The notes below the pieces were generated by a model. That model searched no databases. It was given only the letters and a program-made list of their open reading frames with translations, and had not been told where the DNA came from. Shown here piece after piece: positions 50,717-63,226 of a DNA stretch of 64,000 nucleotides. Source of the stretch: Candidatus Nomurabacteria bacterium (GTDB lineage Bacteria > Patescibacteriota > Minisyncoccia > Phycocordibacterales > UBA9973); NCBI GenBank assembly GCA_026396015.1, contig JAPLXP010000014.1, forward strand, positions 15,944 to 79,943, given 5' to 3'. The translations under genes and the position numbers were made by a program. Numbering within the stretch: position 1 is the first letter of the stretch; the number at the start of each line of letters is the position of its first letter.

Positions 50717-51219
50717 TATTTTTTCAAAAATTTAAAAACCAAACTAGTAAATAAAACACCAACACAATACCCTGCTACTACATCAATAGGATAATGCACA
50801 CCTATAACAATGCGAGACAATCCGATGAGCAGAGCAAAGAACATCAATGCATAGCCTAGATGCTTGTGCATAAAATATCCGGATAATGCGAGACTAGCAC
50901 ACACAGCAGCATGCTCTGATGGGAATGAATATCCAGAATCTCTAAATAGAGGAACGATATTCTCTGTCAGATAAGGTCGAGGAATCATCATGGTAATCTT
51001 TAAAAAGTGAGCTGCGAACCATGACAATACACCAGAAAAAGCTATCAATGAAAAATCAAATACTTTTTTATTCTTTTTAACAAAAAATAATGACCAAATA
51101 ATCAGAATAATAATGATTAGATATATATAAACATAAGATAAAAACATAGCAAAATCTGCAATATAAGAATTATGTGACAGTGAGAATATGAGGTGAAATA
51201 AAGATTGATTTAAAGACAT
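50716..51219 (-). CDS. PAP2 family phosphatase
   Basis: K...PRP, SFPSEH, SRIVIGVHYPID. Confidence 0.93.
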   Translation of the reverse strand: MSLNQSLFHLIFSLSHNSYIADFAMFLSYVYIYLIIIILIIWSLFFVKKNKKVFDFSLIAFSGVLSWFAAHFLKITMMIPRPYLTENIVPLFRDSGYSFPSEHAAVCASLALSGYFMHKHLGYALMFFALLIGLSRIVIGVHYPIDVVAGYCVGVLFTSLVFKFLKK

Positions 51220-51220
51220 A

Positions 51221-52054
51221 TTATTTTTTTGCTATAAGCAAAACATTATTTAATAAAATCGCAATTGTCACCGGACCCACACCACCAGGAACCGGAGATA
51301 TAAACGAAGCGACACCAGACACACTATCTGTATCTACATCACCTACTATACCCCCATCGGATTCTGATGTACCAGCATCGATGATCACCACACCTTCCTT
51401 TACCATAGACCCATCGATGAATTTACCCACACCAGCAGCAGAGATCAGAATATCAGCAGACTTAATTATAGAATCCTTGTCCTCTGTAGACTTTGTGATA
51501 GTAGTGATATCAAATCCCCTGCGTGACAGTATATGTGCCACTGGCTTGCCAACTAATTCCCCTTGACCTACAATCACAATTTTTTTATTATTTAAATCTA
51601 GATTCAATGAGTCTAGAATATGCACACACGATAATGCAGCTGGATATCCAGTGTCATTCATATTCTCATAAAAAGCGATCCGTGCACCGTCTCCTAGACA
51701 GTCTACGTCGAGATGTGGAGCGATAGTATTCACGACTAAATCCTTGCTGAATTTTTCCGGTAGAGGTAGCTGGACGATCACACCGCAAATATTTTGAATT
51801 TGATTTATTTTTTTTATTTCTTCAATCAGTTCTTCTTGAGAAATCGATTCTGAAAAATGCGCGTCATGAAAAAGAATACCTAGATTTGTGGCGGCCTTCT
51901 TTTTCATATTTACGTATTGAGAAGACACTACGTCATCCCCTACTAGGACATCACAGAATACAGGCTGGAATGATAATTGCTCAACTTCAGATTTTACATC
52001 CAACAATATTTCATCTCTTATTTTTCTTCCATTTATTATTTGTGTTTGCATCAT
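51221..52054 (-). CDS. folD: bifunctional methylenetetrahydrofolate dehydrogenase/cyclohydrolase
   Basis: YVNMK, VQLPLP, VGKP, GDVD, PVPGGVGPVT. Confidence 0.95.
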   Translation of the reverse strand: MMQTQIINGRKIRDEILLDVKSEVEQLSFQPVFCDVLVGDDVVSSQYVNMKKKAATNLGILFHDAHFSESISQEELIEEIKKINQIQNICGVIVQLPLPEKFSKDLVVNTIAPHLDVDCLGDGARIAFYENMNDTGYPAALSCVHILDSLNLDLNNKKIVIVGQGELVGKPVAHILSRRGFDITTITKSTEDKDSIIKSADILISAAGVGKFIDGSMVKEGVVIIDAGTSESDGGIVGDVDTDSVSGVASFISPVPGGVGPVTIAILLNNVLLIAKK

Positions 52055-52057
52055 AAA

Positions 52058-52130
52058 TTAGTTTCTAGGTTCTAGTGACTAGGTTCTAGGATTTTTAACT
52101 AATCACTAAAAACTAAATACTAGAACCTAA
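52058..52130. repeat. inverted period-7 CTAG heptamer arrays
   Basis: ttag-tttctag-gttctag-tgactag-gttctag ... ctaatca-ctaaaaa-ctaaata-ctagaac-ctaa. Confidence 0.85.
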
Positions 52131-52135
52131 TTTAA

Positions 52136-53254
52136 TTATATTCCCAGAAATTCGTTTCTCATATCATCCTTATGTGCCACTCTATTATACTTCCTCATCC
52201 CCATCAATATACCCAATCCGATAAATTCTGAGAGCAGATGAGATCCTCCGTAGCTGACAAATGGTAGCGTGATACCTGTGACAGGAGCCAGGCCAATATT
52301 CATACCTACATTGATTATAAAATGACTCATAAAGTAGATAGCCAAACCCATACCATATAGCATTTCAAAATTCGTCGCTCCGAGCATGGCATTGTGTAAT
52401 ATACGCCATATTATCAAACCTAGCAACACAAAGAGCAGTACCACACCTACAAAACCCCACTCTTCTGCGAAGGCTGCAAAGATAAAGTCAGTCTCGTATT
52501 CAGGTAGGAAGTTCAATCGTGACTGAGTGCCGAATCCTACACCCTTGCCTAGCAGCTGACCAGAACCTACTGCTATAGTAGATTGATACACATTATACCC
52601 TGATCCATGCACGTCTGACAGTGGGTGCAGGAAGTTCAAAATACGATGCTTTTGATACGGATGAAAGGCAAACATCCAGAGAATTCCAAAAGTCAAAATA
52701 CCAATTCCAATTACTGCGCCTAGATGCTTCAAGGAAATGCCAGACACTAGAGCCATACCAAACCAGATAAAGAAAATGATCATCGCAGAACCAAAGTCTG
52801 GCTGCAGGAATACGAGCATGAACGGAATAAAAGCATACAAACCAGAAATAAATAAATGCTTGATATTGCGAATCTCGACATGGCGACGAGAGAAATATTT
52901 TGCTAGTAGTAGTATCACTACGAGCTTCATCATATCAGAAGGTTGAAAAGAAAATCCACCAAATGAGAACCAACTCTTTGCACCATTTGATACGTGACCA
53001 GCTACGAATAGAGCCAAGAGCATCAAGGAGAAAAAGGCAAAAAGAGCAATCAGTACTTCAGTCTTTTTCAAGAATCTAAAATCAAAAAAAGATAGTGTAA
53101 AAAATACTGTAAAAGATATACCTATCCAAATCAATTGGTGGTTAAAGAGTGATGTTGCACCGGTGAATGACTTCATCACCACTAATCCTGCGCCCAATAC
53201 AGGCAGCAAGAATAAAAATAGTAGCCAGTCTATCTGTAGTAAGTTATTCTTCAT
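52136..53254 (-). CDS. rodA: SEDS peptidoglycan polymerase RodA
   Basis: FQPSD, QPDFG, LPEYETDFIF, PVTGITLPFVSYGGS. Confidence 0.93.
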   Translation of the reverse strand: MKNNLLQIDWLLFLFLLPVLGAGLVVMKSFTGATSLFNHQLIWIGISFTVFFTLSFFDFRFLKKTEVLIALFAFFSLMLLALFVAGHVSNGAKSWFSFGGFSFQPSDMMKLVVILLLAKYFSRRHVEIRNIKHLFISGLYAFIPFMLVFLQPDFGSAMIIFFIWFGMALVSGISLKHLGAVIGIGILTFGILWMFAFHPYQKHRILNFLHPLSDVHGSGYNVYQSTIAVGSGQLLGKGVGFGTQSRLNFLPEYETDFIFAAFAEEWGFVGVVLLFVLLGLIIWRILHNAMLGATNFEMLYGMGLAIYFMSHFIINVGMNIGLAPVTGITLPFVSYGGSHLLSEFIGLGILMGMRKYNRVAHKDDMRNEFLGI

Positions 53255-53256
53255 AC

Positions 53257-54033
53257 TTAAAACGGAGTAGTAAACGGGTCAACGGACAACAATAAATCTT
53301 GCAAGACCGGCTTGCCATTGAAAGGTTCTGGCCAAGTAAATGATATCGGGAACTTTCCATTACTCTTGACCCCTTCGGCATGAGTACTACTGACACCGAT
53401 GGCATTATGATTCTCATCATAAACAATAGCAATCACATTAAATGCAGGTAGGTCATATACACTATCATTTACGACATCGGCTGTGATGATAGGTGAACCA
53501 GAGTCATCAGACAAAACTTTATTTTGAATTTTTATAGGCTGAGTTTGGATTGTAGGTTCCTTTTTATACCAGAAAAACTTTCCCTGGAAATCAAAAGTCA
53601 CACTCTTTGGAATACTATTCCCTACATCTATACGAGATTCAAATACAGCAAAACGCTGATTGGGTGGTATGAATGTCTTGCCAGCACGAGTAGCAATCAG
53701 AATACCATCTTGATCATAAACACGGAATTCATACGGCACATCCACAGCTCCCCCATTTTTATTTTGATTCTCAATATAAGCTAAAACATTGTAAGAACTA
53801 CCAGACACATGAAAAGCACGAGACCATAGCACCACAGGCTCGGAAACCTGAGCAGAGCAGAACTTCATACATAGTCCTCCACAGTCCACTCCGAGTTCAC
53901 TGCCGTTCTGTATATTGTCATTACAATTTGGAGCCTTGAAAATGACATTGTAAAATAACACAAAAAGAATCAATGCTACTACAAAGATTAGTCCCGTCAA
54001 ATACGTAAATTGTCTGCGTCCTGCCCATGACAT
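53257..54033 (-). CDS. membrane-anchored extracytoplasmic protein
   Basis: TM, Cys motif CNDNIQNGSELGVDCGGLC, two Ig-like segments. Start ATG 54033. Confidence 0.8.
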   Translation of the reverse strand: MSWAGRRQFTYLTGLIFVVALILFVLFYNVIFKAPNCNDNIQNGSELGVDCGGLCMKFCSAQVSEPVVLWSRAFHVSGSSYNVLAYIENQNKNGGAVDVPYEFRVYDQDGILIATRAGKTFIPPNQRFAVFESRIDVGNSIPKSVTFDFQGKFFWYKKEPTIQTQPIKIQNKVLSDDSGSPIITADVVNDSVYDLPAFNVIAIVYDENHNAIGVSSTHAEGVKSNGKFPISFTWPEPFNGKPVLQDLLLSVDPFTTPF

Positions 54034-54216
54034 ATATTTTAAGTATAACAAAAATCCGCTCAAATGTAGAGCGGATTTTATTTCAATTTTTTTGTTTTTC
54101 GTTTTTCATTTCCTCAAGTAATTTTTTAACACGAAGGTCAACTTCAGACAAAGGCTTATTTTTTAATAATAGTGTGGTTATAAAATGTGTCCCACATTTA
54201 TTACACTTAAAATGAG

Positions 54217-54278
54217 AGTGTAGCAAGAACAGTGTAGCAAGAACGGTTCTTGCTACACTGAACGGTTCTTGCTACACT
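54217..54278. repeat. REP-B cluster with duplicated arms
   Basis: agtgtagcaagaac agtgtagcaagaac g gttcttgctacact gaacg gttcttgctacact. Confidence 0.93.
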
Positions 54279-54359
54279 TGGGTATTTTTCTTTTAGTTGA
54301 ACTCTTTGTTCTGATGTGAAGTCGGAACAAAGGGACCCGACAGCAAGGCCTATTCTTTT

Positions 54360-54656
54360 TTAACCAAAAAATTTAAATAAAAATGATAACAATAAAGGAA
54401 TTACGATCAATATTAAGGCAATAATTAAAACTCTACTTAACATTTTAATCAAGATAGATACTATCTGTTTAAAATCCATCTTTTTAAGATCTTCTTTTTT
54501 TAAATTCTTATCAACATTTAAATCTACTTTAAAAAACTTTGATATTTTTGAAGTTAAATTTGATGCACCCCACAACATTACCAACTGAAAGCCTCCAAAC
54601 AAAAGACCTCCGAGAACAACAATACCGAGCACAAACAATAAATCAGAATTTTCCAT
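54360..54656 (-). CDS. small membrane protein
   Basis: 98 aa, two TM segments, AT-rich. Confidence 0.65.
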   Translation of the reverse strand: MENSDLLFVLGIVVLGGLLFGGFQLVMLWGASNLTSKISKFFKVDLNVDKNLKKEDLKKMDFKQIVSILIKMLSRVLIIALILIVIPLLLSFLFKFFG

Positions 54657-54740
54657 TTTTTAAAAAATTAACATTAATAACATAATATTACCTTTATTAA
54701 TATATATTGTCAAAAGAGGATTTTAGACAAACAACAATAC

Positions 54741-54782
54741 TAAAATCAAAACCGTTACATTTCTGTAACGGTTTTGATTTTA
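54741..54782 (-). terminator. rRNA operon terminator
   Basis: aaaatcaaaaccgttaca-tttc-tgtaacggttttgatttt immediately 3' of 5S. Confidence 0.8.
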
Positions 54783-54793
54783 GTTGAACTCTT

Positions 54794-54907
54794 TGTTCTG
54801 GCGACAACCTACTTTTCCCACGAATGAGTATCATCGGCGCAGATGGGCTTAACTTCCGAGTTCGGAATGTTATCGGGTGTGACTCCATTGCCAAATCACC
54901 AGAACAA
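54794..54907 (-). rRNA. rrf: 5S rRNA
   Basis: CACACCCGATAACATTCCGAACTCGGAAGTTAAGC...GCGCCGATGATACT. Ends are approximate. Confidence 0.95.
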
Positions 54908-55049
54908 AATTTTCAACTAACGTATTGTATCAACAAATTTTGTCGAAAACAATAAACGATGTGTCATGATATGTGAAAACTGAATGCTATTTGATAGAGT
55001 GTCTCCCCGTAGGGAGATATACAAGATTGTTTGTGATTTTCAAAGTTCC

Positions 55050-58005
<2,956 letters not shown>

Positions 58006-58315
58006 GGAAATTTAAAAACCACATTTTCTTCCCTCTCTCGATAAGAGGAAAGCGATACACAATTTTGCTTTGTTGACGGGAACCGCTTCCCAGCAAAAGG
58101 TGTATCCTTTTATTTCTATCTTGCACTCTATTTCCATCCCGTATAAAAGACCCTAAAAAATTTTAGGATAACAGTGGGATGGAATAGCATTCAGTTTTCA
58201 AATATCATGATGTTTTTAAACAAAAAAAATAGCCTTTCGGCGGTACAAGCGAAACCATAAGAGGTTTAACTTCTCCGCAGATTTTGATTACTTTTCTTTA
58301 ATAACATCGTAGGAG

Positions 58316-58345
58316 CATTCTATACTAACGGAAAAAGAAAGTCAA
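58316..58345 (-). promoter_or_regulatory. promoter of the 23S-5S unit
   Basis: TTGACT-N17-TAGAAT. Confidence 0.7.
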
Positions 58346-58348
58346 GCA

Positions 58349-58460
58349 TTTAGATTAGGTTCTATTAATTAATGGCTAGGGGCTAGTAAATATAAAGAAA
58401 AAGAGCCTGAAAGGCTCTTTTTCTTTACTAGAAACTAATTATTAAAAACTAGTCACTAAT
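58349..58460. repeat. degenerate CTAG heptamer arrays flanking a terminator hairpin
   Basis: ttaggttcta...ggctaggggctag / aaaagagcc-tgaa-aggctctttt / actagaaactaa...actagtcactaa. Confidence 0.65.
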
Positions 58461-58485
58461 CATATGACGAAGCTTTATTCTGTGC

Positions 58486-59172
58486 TTATTTTGAGATATC
58501 TTTTGAAACATTCTCGATAGCGCGAGCAGCTGCATCGCGACCACCAATACCAAATGCTAGACCAAATGCCAATGCCAATGCTGCGATCAATCCTGTGAAT
58601 AGGATCTGCATAAATGCAGAGGCTATTCCTAGCTCTGAAAATGCAACGATAAATGCGAATATCCAGATTGCATAGTTTGCAATAGAACCTAGCATATTTG
58701 CTGAAGTTACATTTGCAGCACGTGCAGACGCAGAAACAATCTTTTTCATTGTTTGGGCGATAACTGTAGCGATGATCAATACTAGTGCAGCGATAGCTAC
58801 CTTTGGTAGATAGTAAACTACTGTCTCACGTAGAAAATCATTTACTTGTGTAAGACCCATAATCTCCAATGATGCCATCATGAAAGCCACAATAATAAAC
58901 CACTTGAAAAGTCCACCTATAAATCCACCTACATCAAGACGAAGACCTGCTTTTTGAAATGCTTCATTTGCACCAGCACTCTCGAATAGTTTGTCGATTT
59001 TAAGAGTTGCAAACAATTGAACAACTGCTTTACAAATAATAGAACCTACAACCCAACCAATAACAAATAAGATTACTGCACCCAATAGACTTGGAACAAA
59101 AGACATAAAACCTACCCATAGACTCTGAAGTGAACCTGTAAATACCTCACCCCATGTTTGTAAAAAAATCAT
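58486..59172 (-). CDS. TM-helix repeat membrane protein (CmpX / mechanosensitive-channel-like)
   Basis: Repeated P.llgA.ilf..G helices, LAFGLAFGIGGRD. Confidence 0.8.
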   Translation of the reverse strand: MIFLQTWGEVFTGSLQSLWVGFMSFVPSLLGAVILFVIGWVVGSIICKAVVQLFATLKIDKLFESAGANEAFQKAGLRLDVGGFIGGLFKWFIIVAFMMASLEIMGLTQVNDFLRETVVYYLPKVAIAALVLIIATVIAQTMKKIVSASARAANVTSANMLGSIANYAIWIFAFIVAFSELGIASAFMQILFTGLIAALALAFGLAFGIGGRDAAARAIENVSKDISK

Positions 59173-59273
59173 AATAGAAATATATTTTACTAATTAATAA
59201 TTAAACGTACTTTGATAAAGCTTCGACCTCCTCAAGTACTATTTATATTATAACAAAAAATAGCCCATAAAGG

Positions 59274-59894
59274 CTATTTTTTTAGTAAATATGTGGATAA
59301 CTGCCCATTGTCTATTAAGGTCTCGTGTGGGAAGTCTACAATATCACATACTAGCTTGTCGTACATATTGAGTCTGTATTGGAATTCTTCAGTCTCGAAC
59401 ACTACATAGTCGAGTTCTTTGCCTATCTCTGCCTCTAGGCCCTTCACCACTTGTTGTAATACATTCTTTTTGAGCTTGTCCCCCACTAGCATCACATCTA
59501 CGCGAGAATCCTTGTTATTGGTAATAAACACACCGGACACGAGCATGAGCTTGATTTTGCCAGCCTGCCTGAATCGAGCTGCTAGATCCTCCTGAAGGAG
59601 TAGATTGGGGTCTACTAGTAGATCCCGAATGGCATTCACATATTGAAATGAAGTATCTAGGTACCAAGCAGGTATTTTCTTCTTTGATCCACGTGAACCC
59701 TCCACTGTGACAAATTTTTGTTTTACAAAGCCCATAGCTGCCAATGCATTGATTTCTTTTCTGACATTTGGCTTTGTGACACGACTACGAGATACTACAT
59801 CTTCTACATCAAAAGATGTATCTGGGTTTAATAAAAATAATCTCATTATCTTGACTCTGGCCTGACCGCCAAACAGCTTTGCTAGTGTTTCCAT
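59274..59894 (-). CDS. winged-HTH protein with degenerate nucleotidyltransferase-like C-terminal domain
   Basis: LFGGQARVKIMRLFLLNP wHTH, SGVF...RVDVMLVGD...LEAEIGKELDY. Start ATG 59894. Confidence 0.7.
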   Translation of the reverse strand: METLAKLFGGQARVKIMRLFLLNPDTSFDVEDVVSRSRVTKPNVRKEINALAAMGFVKQKFVTVEGSRGSKKKIPAWYLDTSFQYVNAIRDLLVDPNLLLQEDLAARFRQAGKIKLMLVSGVFITNNKDSRVDVMLVGDKLKKNVLQQVVKGLEAEIGKELDYVVFETEEFQYRLNMYDKLVCDIVDFPHETLIDNGQLSTYLLKK

Positions 59895-59989
59895 GGGTAT
59901 TAGTATACTCCATCTCCCCCAGCCTTTCAACCCCTGGAAAAACATAAAAAAAGACCCTTTATGGGGGTCTTTTAAATAAATAGAATATA

Positions 59990-60562
59990 TTAGATACTAA
60001 TCTCATCGAGATTTATAAATTTCTCTGTCTGTAGATAATTTAAAATTCTGGGCTTCATTTTTGCAATCTGTTGATCGCACAATTTCAATACAGAAATTGA
60101 ATCATACAAAGGAAGGTAAAGACCTTTCTCATTAGTAATTCCATGATAACGGACTGTTTGATCCCACTCATAATCACTTGCTTCACCTTTGTCTTCTCCC
60201 GTTAAGATAAATCCTGGTTTCAATATTTTTCCTGAAATAGTCTCACGATATGGATTTCTTGTTAGAAAAACATCACGGTCCCAATGTGGAGTCCATGCCA
60301 ATATTTCTCCAGCGATAAGGTCAAACGTAAATGTGTCTGAGAATATAAATGTCTGATCACGTAATACCTGCCATGCAAGTATTTTATCCCATCCTTTCTC
60401 TGGACGAAGTAATTGTTTACTTTTATTTTTTTCCTCCACCTGTTCTAAAAGTTTTGAAAGTTGAGGATACAAACTTTCGTCTTTAGTGTCTAGGTACTGG
60501 TCATATAGAGCCCAGAAATCCTGCAATGCTTGTGTATTCATAATATAAAATGTTTTTTTCAT
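59990..60562 (-). CDS. hypothetical protein
   Basis: About 190-aa ORF, start uncertain (60562 or 60541). Confidence 0.65.
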   Translation of the reverse strand: MKKTFYIMNTQALQDFWALYDQYLDTKDESLYPQLSKLLEQVEEKNKSKQLLRPEKGWDKILAWQVLRDQTFIFSDTFTFDLIAGEILAWTPHWDRDVFLTRNPYRETISGKILKPGFILTGEDKGEASDYEWDQTVRYHGITNEKGLYLPLYDSISVLKLCDQQIAKMKPRILNYLQTEKFINLDEISI

Positions 60563-60590
60563 ATTACTTATAAAAAATAAATATGTCAAT

Positions 60591-60621
60591 AAAAAAACAC
60601 CCCCGTACGGGGTGTTTTTTT
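60591..60621 (-). terminator. rplJL terminator
   Basis: aaaaaaacacccc-cgtac-ggggtgttttttt. Confidence 0.8.
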
Positions 60622-60630
60622 GTAGGTTGA

Positions 60631-60993
60631 TTACTTAAGTGTAACTTTACCTCCTGCGTCTTCAATTTGCTTTTTTAGAGCTTCTGCTTCTGCCTTCTTC
60701 ATACCGTCCTTTAGAACAGATGGAGCTGCATCTACTAAATCCTTTGCCTCTTTAAGACCTAGGGCTAGAGCTTCTTTAACTACCTTCATAACACCGATTT
60801 TCTGCTCACCAGCTGATGTAAGTTCAACTGTAAATGAGTCTTTAACTTCACCAGCTTCTGCTGCTGCAGCTGGAGCTGCTGATACTGCTTGCGCTGATAC
60901 TCCGAATTTTTCTTCAATAGCCTTTACAAGGTCATTGAGTTCTAGAACTGAAGCGTTTTCAAGTTCTGTAAGAAATGAATCAAATTTTGCCAT
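60631..60993 (-). CDS. rplL: 50S ribosomal protein L7/L12
   Basis: [19 protein letters not shown]. Confidence 0.98.
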   Translation of the reverse strand: MAKFDSFLTELENASVLELNDLVKAIEEKFGVSAQAVSAAPAAAAEAGEVKDSFTVELTSAGEQKIGVMKVVKEALALGLKEAKDLVDAAPSVLKDGMKKAEAEALKKQIEDAGGKVTLK

Positions 60994-61000
60994 ATTTTTG

Positions 61001-61100
61001 TTAGGTTCTAGTAGCTAGGTTATAGCTTCTAGAACAATTAATTAATTGAATAAACTTTTTTGTATTTTACTAGCAACTAGAAACTAGTCACTAGAAACTA
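61001..61100. repeat. inverted CTAG heptamer arrays in the rplJ-rplL spacer
   Basis: ttag-gttctag-tagctag-gttatag-cttctag ... ctagcaa-ctagaaa-ctagtca-ctagaaa-cta. Confidence 0.85.
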
Positions 61101-61583
61101 CTTCGTGCCTGCGACTGCAGATACTGCAATAGCGAGACGTTGCATTGGAGACTTGAGCAAGTATGCGATCTGTGATAGCAATACTTCTCGAGATGGGATT
61201 GTAGCAACCTTTTCCATCTCAGCCTTATCCATATACTTTCCTTCAAATACACCACCGACAATAGAGATATTCTCTTTATGTGTCTTTGCAAATGCGTAAA
61301 CTTCACGAGCCGGAGCAAGTAAATCTGTACCATATGCCATAGCGATCTGACCAGATAGTTCTGGCATGTCACCTGTCACTCCTTTTACAGCGAGGGCTCT
61401 CTTTAGGAGAGTCTTCTTTGCAACGTAGTAACCGATGCCATCTTTTTGTAAACTGCGGCGAAGTTCGTTTACGTCCTTTACCTTCAATTTATCAAATTTT
61501 ACAAAAACTACAGATTGAGCATCTACTAGAGCTTTGTCTAGTGTAACTGCAATCTCTACTTTCTTTTCCTTTTTTAATGCCAT
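61098..61583 (-). CDS. rplJ: 50S ribosomal protein L10
   Basis: LRRSL...VAKKTLLKRA...IPSREVLL, directly upstream of rplL. Confidence 0.96.
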   Translation of the reverse strand: MALKKEKKVEIAVTLDKALVDAQSVVFVKFDKLKVKDVNELRRSLQKDGIGYYVAKKTLLKRALAVKGVTGDMPELSGQIAMAYGTDLLAPAREVYAFAKTHKENISIVGGVFEGKYMDKAEMEKVATIPSREVLLSQIAYLLKSPMQRLAIAVSAVAGTK

Positions 61584-61587
61584 AATG

Positions 61588-61630
61588 TTAGGTTCTAGGA
61601 GCTAGGTTCTAGTGACTAGTAAATACTAAT
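61588..61630. repeat. CTAG heptamer array upstream of rplJ
   Basis: ttag-gttctag-gagctag-gttctag-tgactag. Confidence 0.8.
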
Positions 61631-61682
61631 CCAAAACCAAATTCTTCAAACCTGTTTCTAAAATAAAAAATCGACCTGTTAA

Positions 61683-61760
61683 GGCCGTCTAATCACAATC
61701 CACAAGTGGATTTTAGTGACCTCGGAAGGGCTTATGATTGCCTTCTGTCTACGGCTTACG
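61683..61760 (-). promoter_or_regulatory. ribosomal protein L10 leader
   Basis: gccgtAGACAgaagg...taa.cccttccGAGG...gacggc, matching the L10 leader pattern and lying upstream of rplJ. Confidence 0.8.
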
Positions 61761-61933
61761 AGAGATAATGTAACATGAATTCCGTAGAAATGCAATACTA
61801 TTTATATGAATCCATCACAGTTAGAATCACCAGACCCAATCCGATCATAAGAGAGAAACCTATTATCACTTTGAATGAATGCTTGGTGAACATATATTTA
61901 TTATATCATGCGTTTTTATACATATGTCGATAC

Positions 61934-61977
61934 ACAACAAAAAAGCACCTTGGGCTAGAGCCCGCGGTGCTTTTTGT
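61934..61977. repeat. hairpin, left flank of the TA module
   Basis: acaacaaaaaagcaccttgggc-taga-gcccgcggtgctttttgt. Confidence 0.8.
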
Positions 61978-62234
61978 TACTTATATAAATCATGATCCCC
62001 TATAGCTAAAAGAATTGCTTCTTCTTTGTCACCCCACATAAAAACAATACGAATTTTATAATTTACATAAAAACTAAAATTTTCTTTAAATCTTCCGTGA
62101 AGTTTATGAACTTTTAATATAATATGGTTATCTTTATTTCTAAATAATTCTATCTTTTCTAAAACCTCTTGCTGTAAATCTTTTTCTAATTTTGAAAAAG
62201 ATTTAACAAAAGTTGGCTTATATGATATTTCCAT
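61977..62234 (-). CDS. RelE/ParE superfamily toxin
   Basis: 85 aa, ISYKPTFVKS...LKVHKLHG...RIVF...IGDHDLY. Confidence 0.88.
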   Translation of the reverse strand: MEISYKPTFVKSFSKLEKDLQQEVLEKIELFRNKDNHIILKVHKLHGRFKENFSFYVNYKIRIVFMWGDKEEAILLAIGDHDLYK

Positions 62235-62240
62235 AAAGTA

Positions 62241-62450
62241 TTATTCAAAATTTTTAGCCAATTCTCTCAAATCTCCACGCAGTGTTGGTTCTTTCATAGC
62301 ATTTAAAACAACCTGAACCGCTTCTTCTTCTGCAATATGCGCAATGGCACGACGAACAACATCAGCTTTATTGGAGCCATACCCACTTTCTATTAAACCT
62401 TTTATTGATTCCTCTAGCTTAGCAGAAATCGGTACAGATATTGTAGTCAT
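62241..62450 (-). CDS. ribbon-helix-helix antitoxin
   Basis: MTTISVP...GYGSNKADVVRRAI, directly upstream of the toxin. Confidence 0.85.
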   Translation of the reverse strand: MTTISVPISAKLEESIKGLIESGYGSNKADVVRRAIAHIAEEEAVQVVLNAMKEPTLRGDLRELAKNFE

Positions 62451-62538
62451 ATATTTATATTGTATGATATTATAATATGATATTATCATACATTATCCCC
62501 CTCAAAAAGGCAACATTTTAGAAATATACCCAATAAAT

Positions 62539-62583
62539 ACAACAAAAAAGCACCGTGGGCTCTAGCCCGCGGTGCTTTTTTGT
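62539..62583. repeat. hairpin, right flank of the TA module
   Basis: acaacaaaaaagcaccgtgggc-tcta-gcccgcggtgcttttttgt. Confidence 0.8.
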
Positions 62584-62608
62584 ATTTATACCTTTTAAAT
62601 AAAGTATA

Positions 62609-63091
62609 CTATTCTACGATGATAGTAGCAGGATTCTGTTGTGATCCACAATCTACTAGGTATTCTGTAGGAGATTTTAACGCTTCCAGCTTTGCTATCT
62701 CATAATCGTATGCGGCTACTTTGTATATACTGCCACCGATTTTGATATCCTGCTCTTTATCTGTACGATTGTCTAGCATGATTGTAGTACCATTTGAGTA
62801 CACAGAACTACGAGGGAAAGCCTGACATTTAGAATCAAATTGGATTCTGTAGCCACCACTATATGCTTTTAAAGCATCAGCATAAGACATCTTTGGAGTA
62901 GCTACTGGCTTCTTTGTATGAGTCACCTTTTTAGGAGTGACTACTGGATTTGCAATACTCTCGTTCACCACTGGAGTCTCTACTACTGCCACTTCCCCGT
63001 TCTTGTGACCCAAAATACGGAAACCAAATATAACAGCCAATACTAATACAACTGAACCTGCACCTATAAGGTAATTTTTATATTCTTTCAT
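62609..63091 (-). CDS. membrane-anchored extracytoplasmic protein
   Basis: N-terminal TM, Pro/Thr/Lys linker, small two-Cys domain. Confidence 0.75.
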   Translation of the reverse strand: MKEYKNYLIGAGSVVLVLAVIFGFRILGHKNGEVAVVETPVVNESIANPVVTPKKVTHTKKPVATPKMSYADALKAYSGGYRIQFDSKCQAFPRSSVYSNGTTIMLDNRTDKEQDIKIGGSIYKVAAYDYEIAKLEALKSPTEYLVDCGSQQNPATIIVE

Positions 63092-63226
63092 AATAGAAAC
63101 AATACTATCATAAATTCCCAAAATGTCCATATATACTCGCCCTTACAGCGGTCCAACCCCTGTAAAAGGAGATGCATCGCAAATAAAAAATATTGCCTTT
63201 AATTTTTAAAAATGGTATAGTATTTG

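Noticed and set aside
54217-54278. Possible CRISPR array
   Set aside because: No unique spacers, the units are palindrome arms, and there are no cas genes in the window
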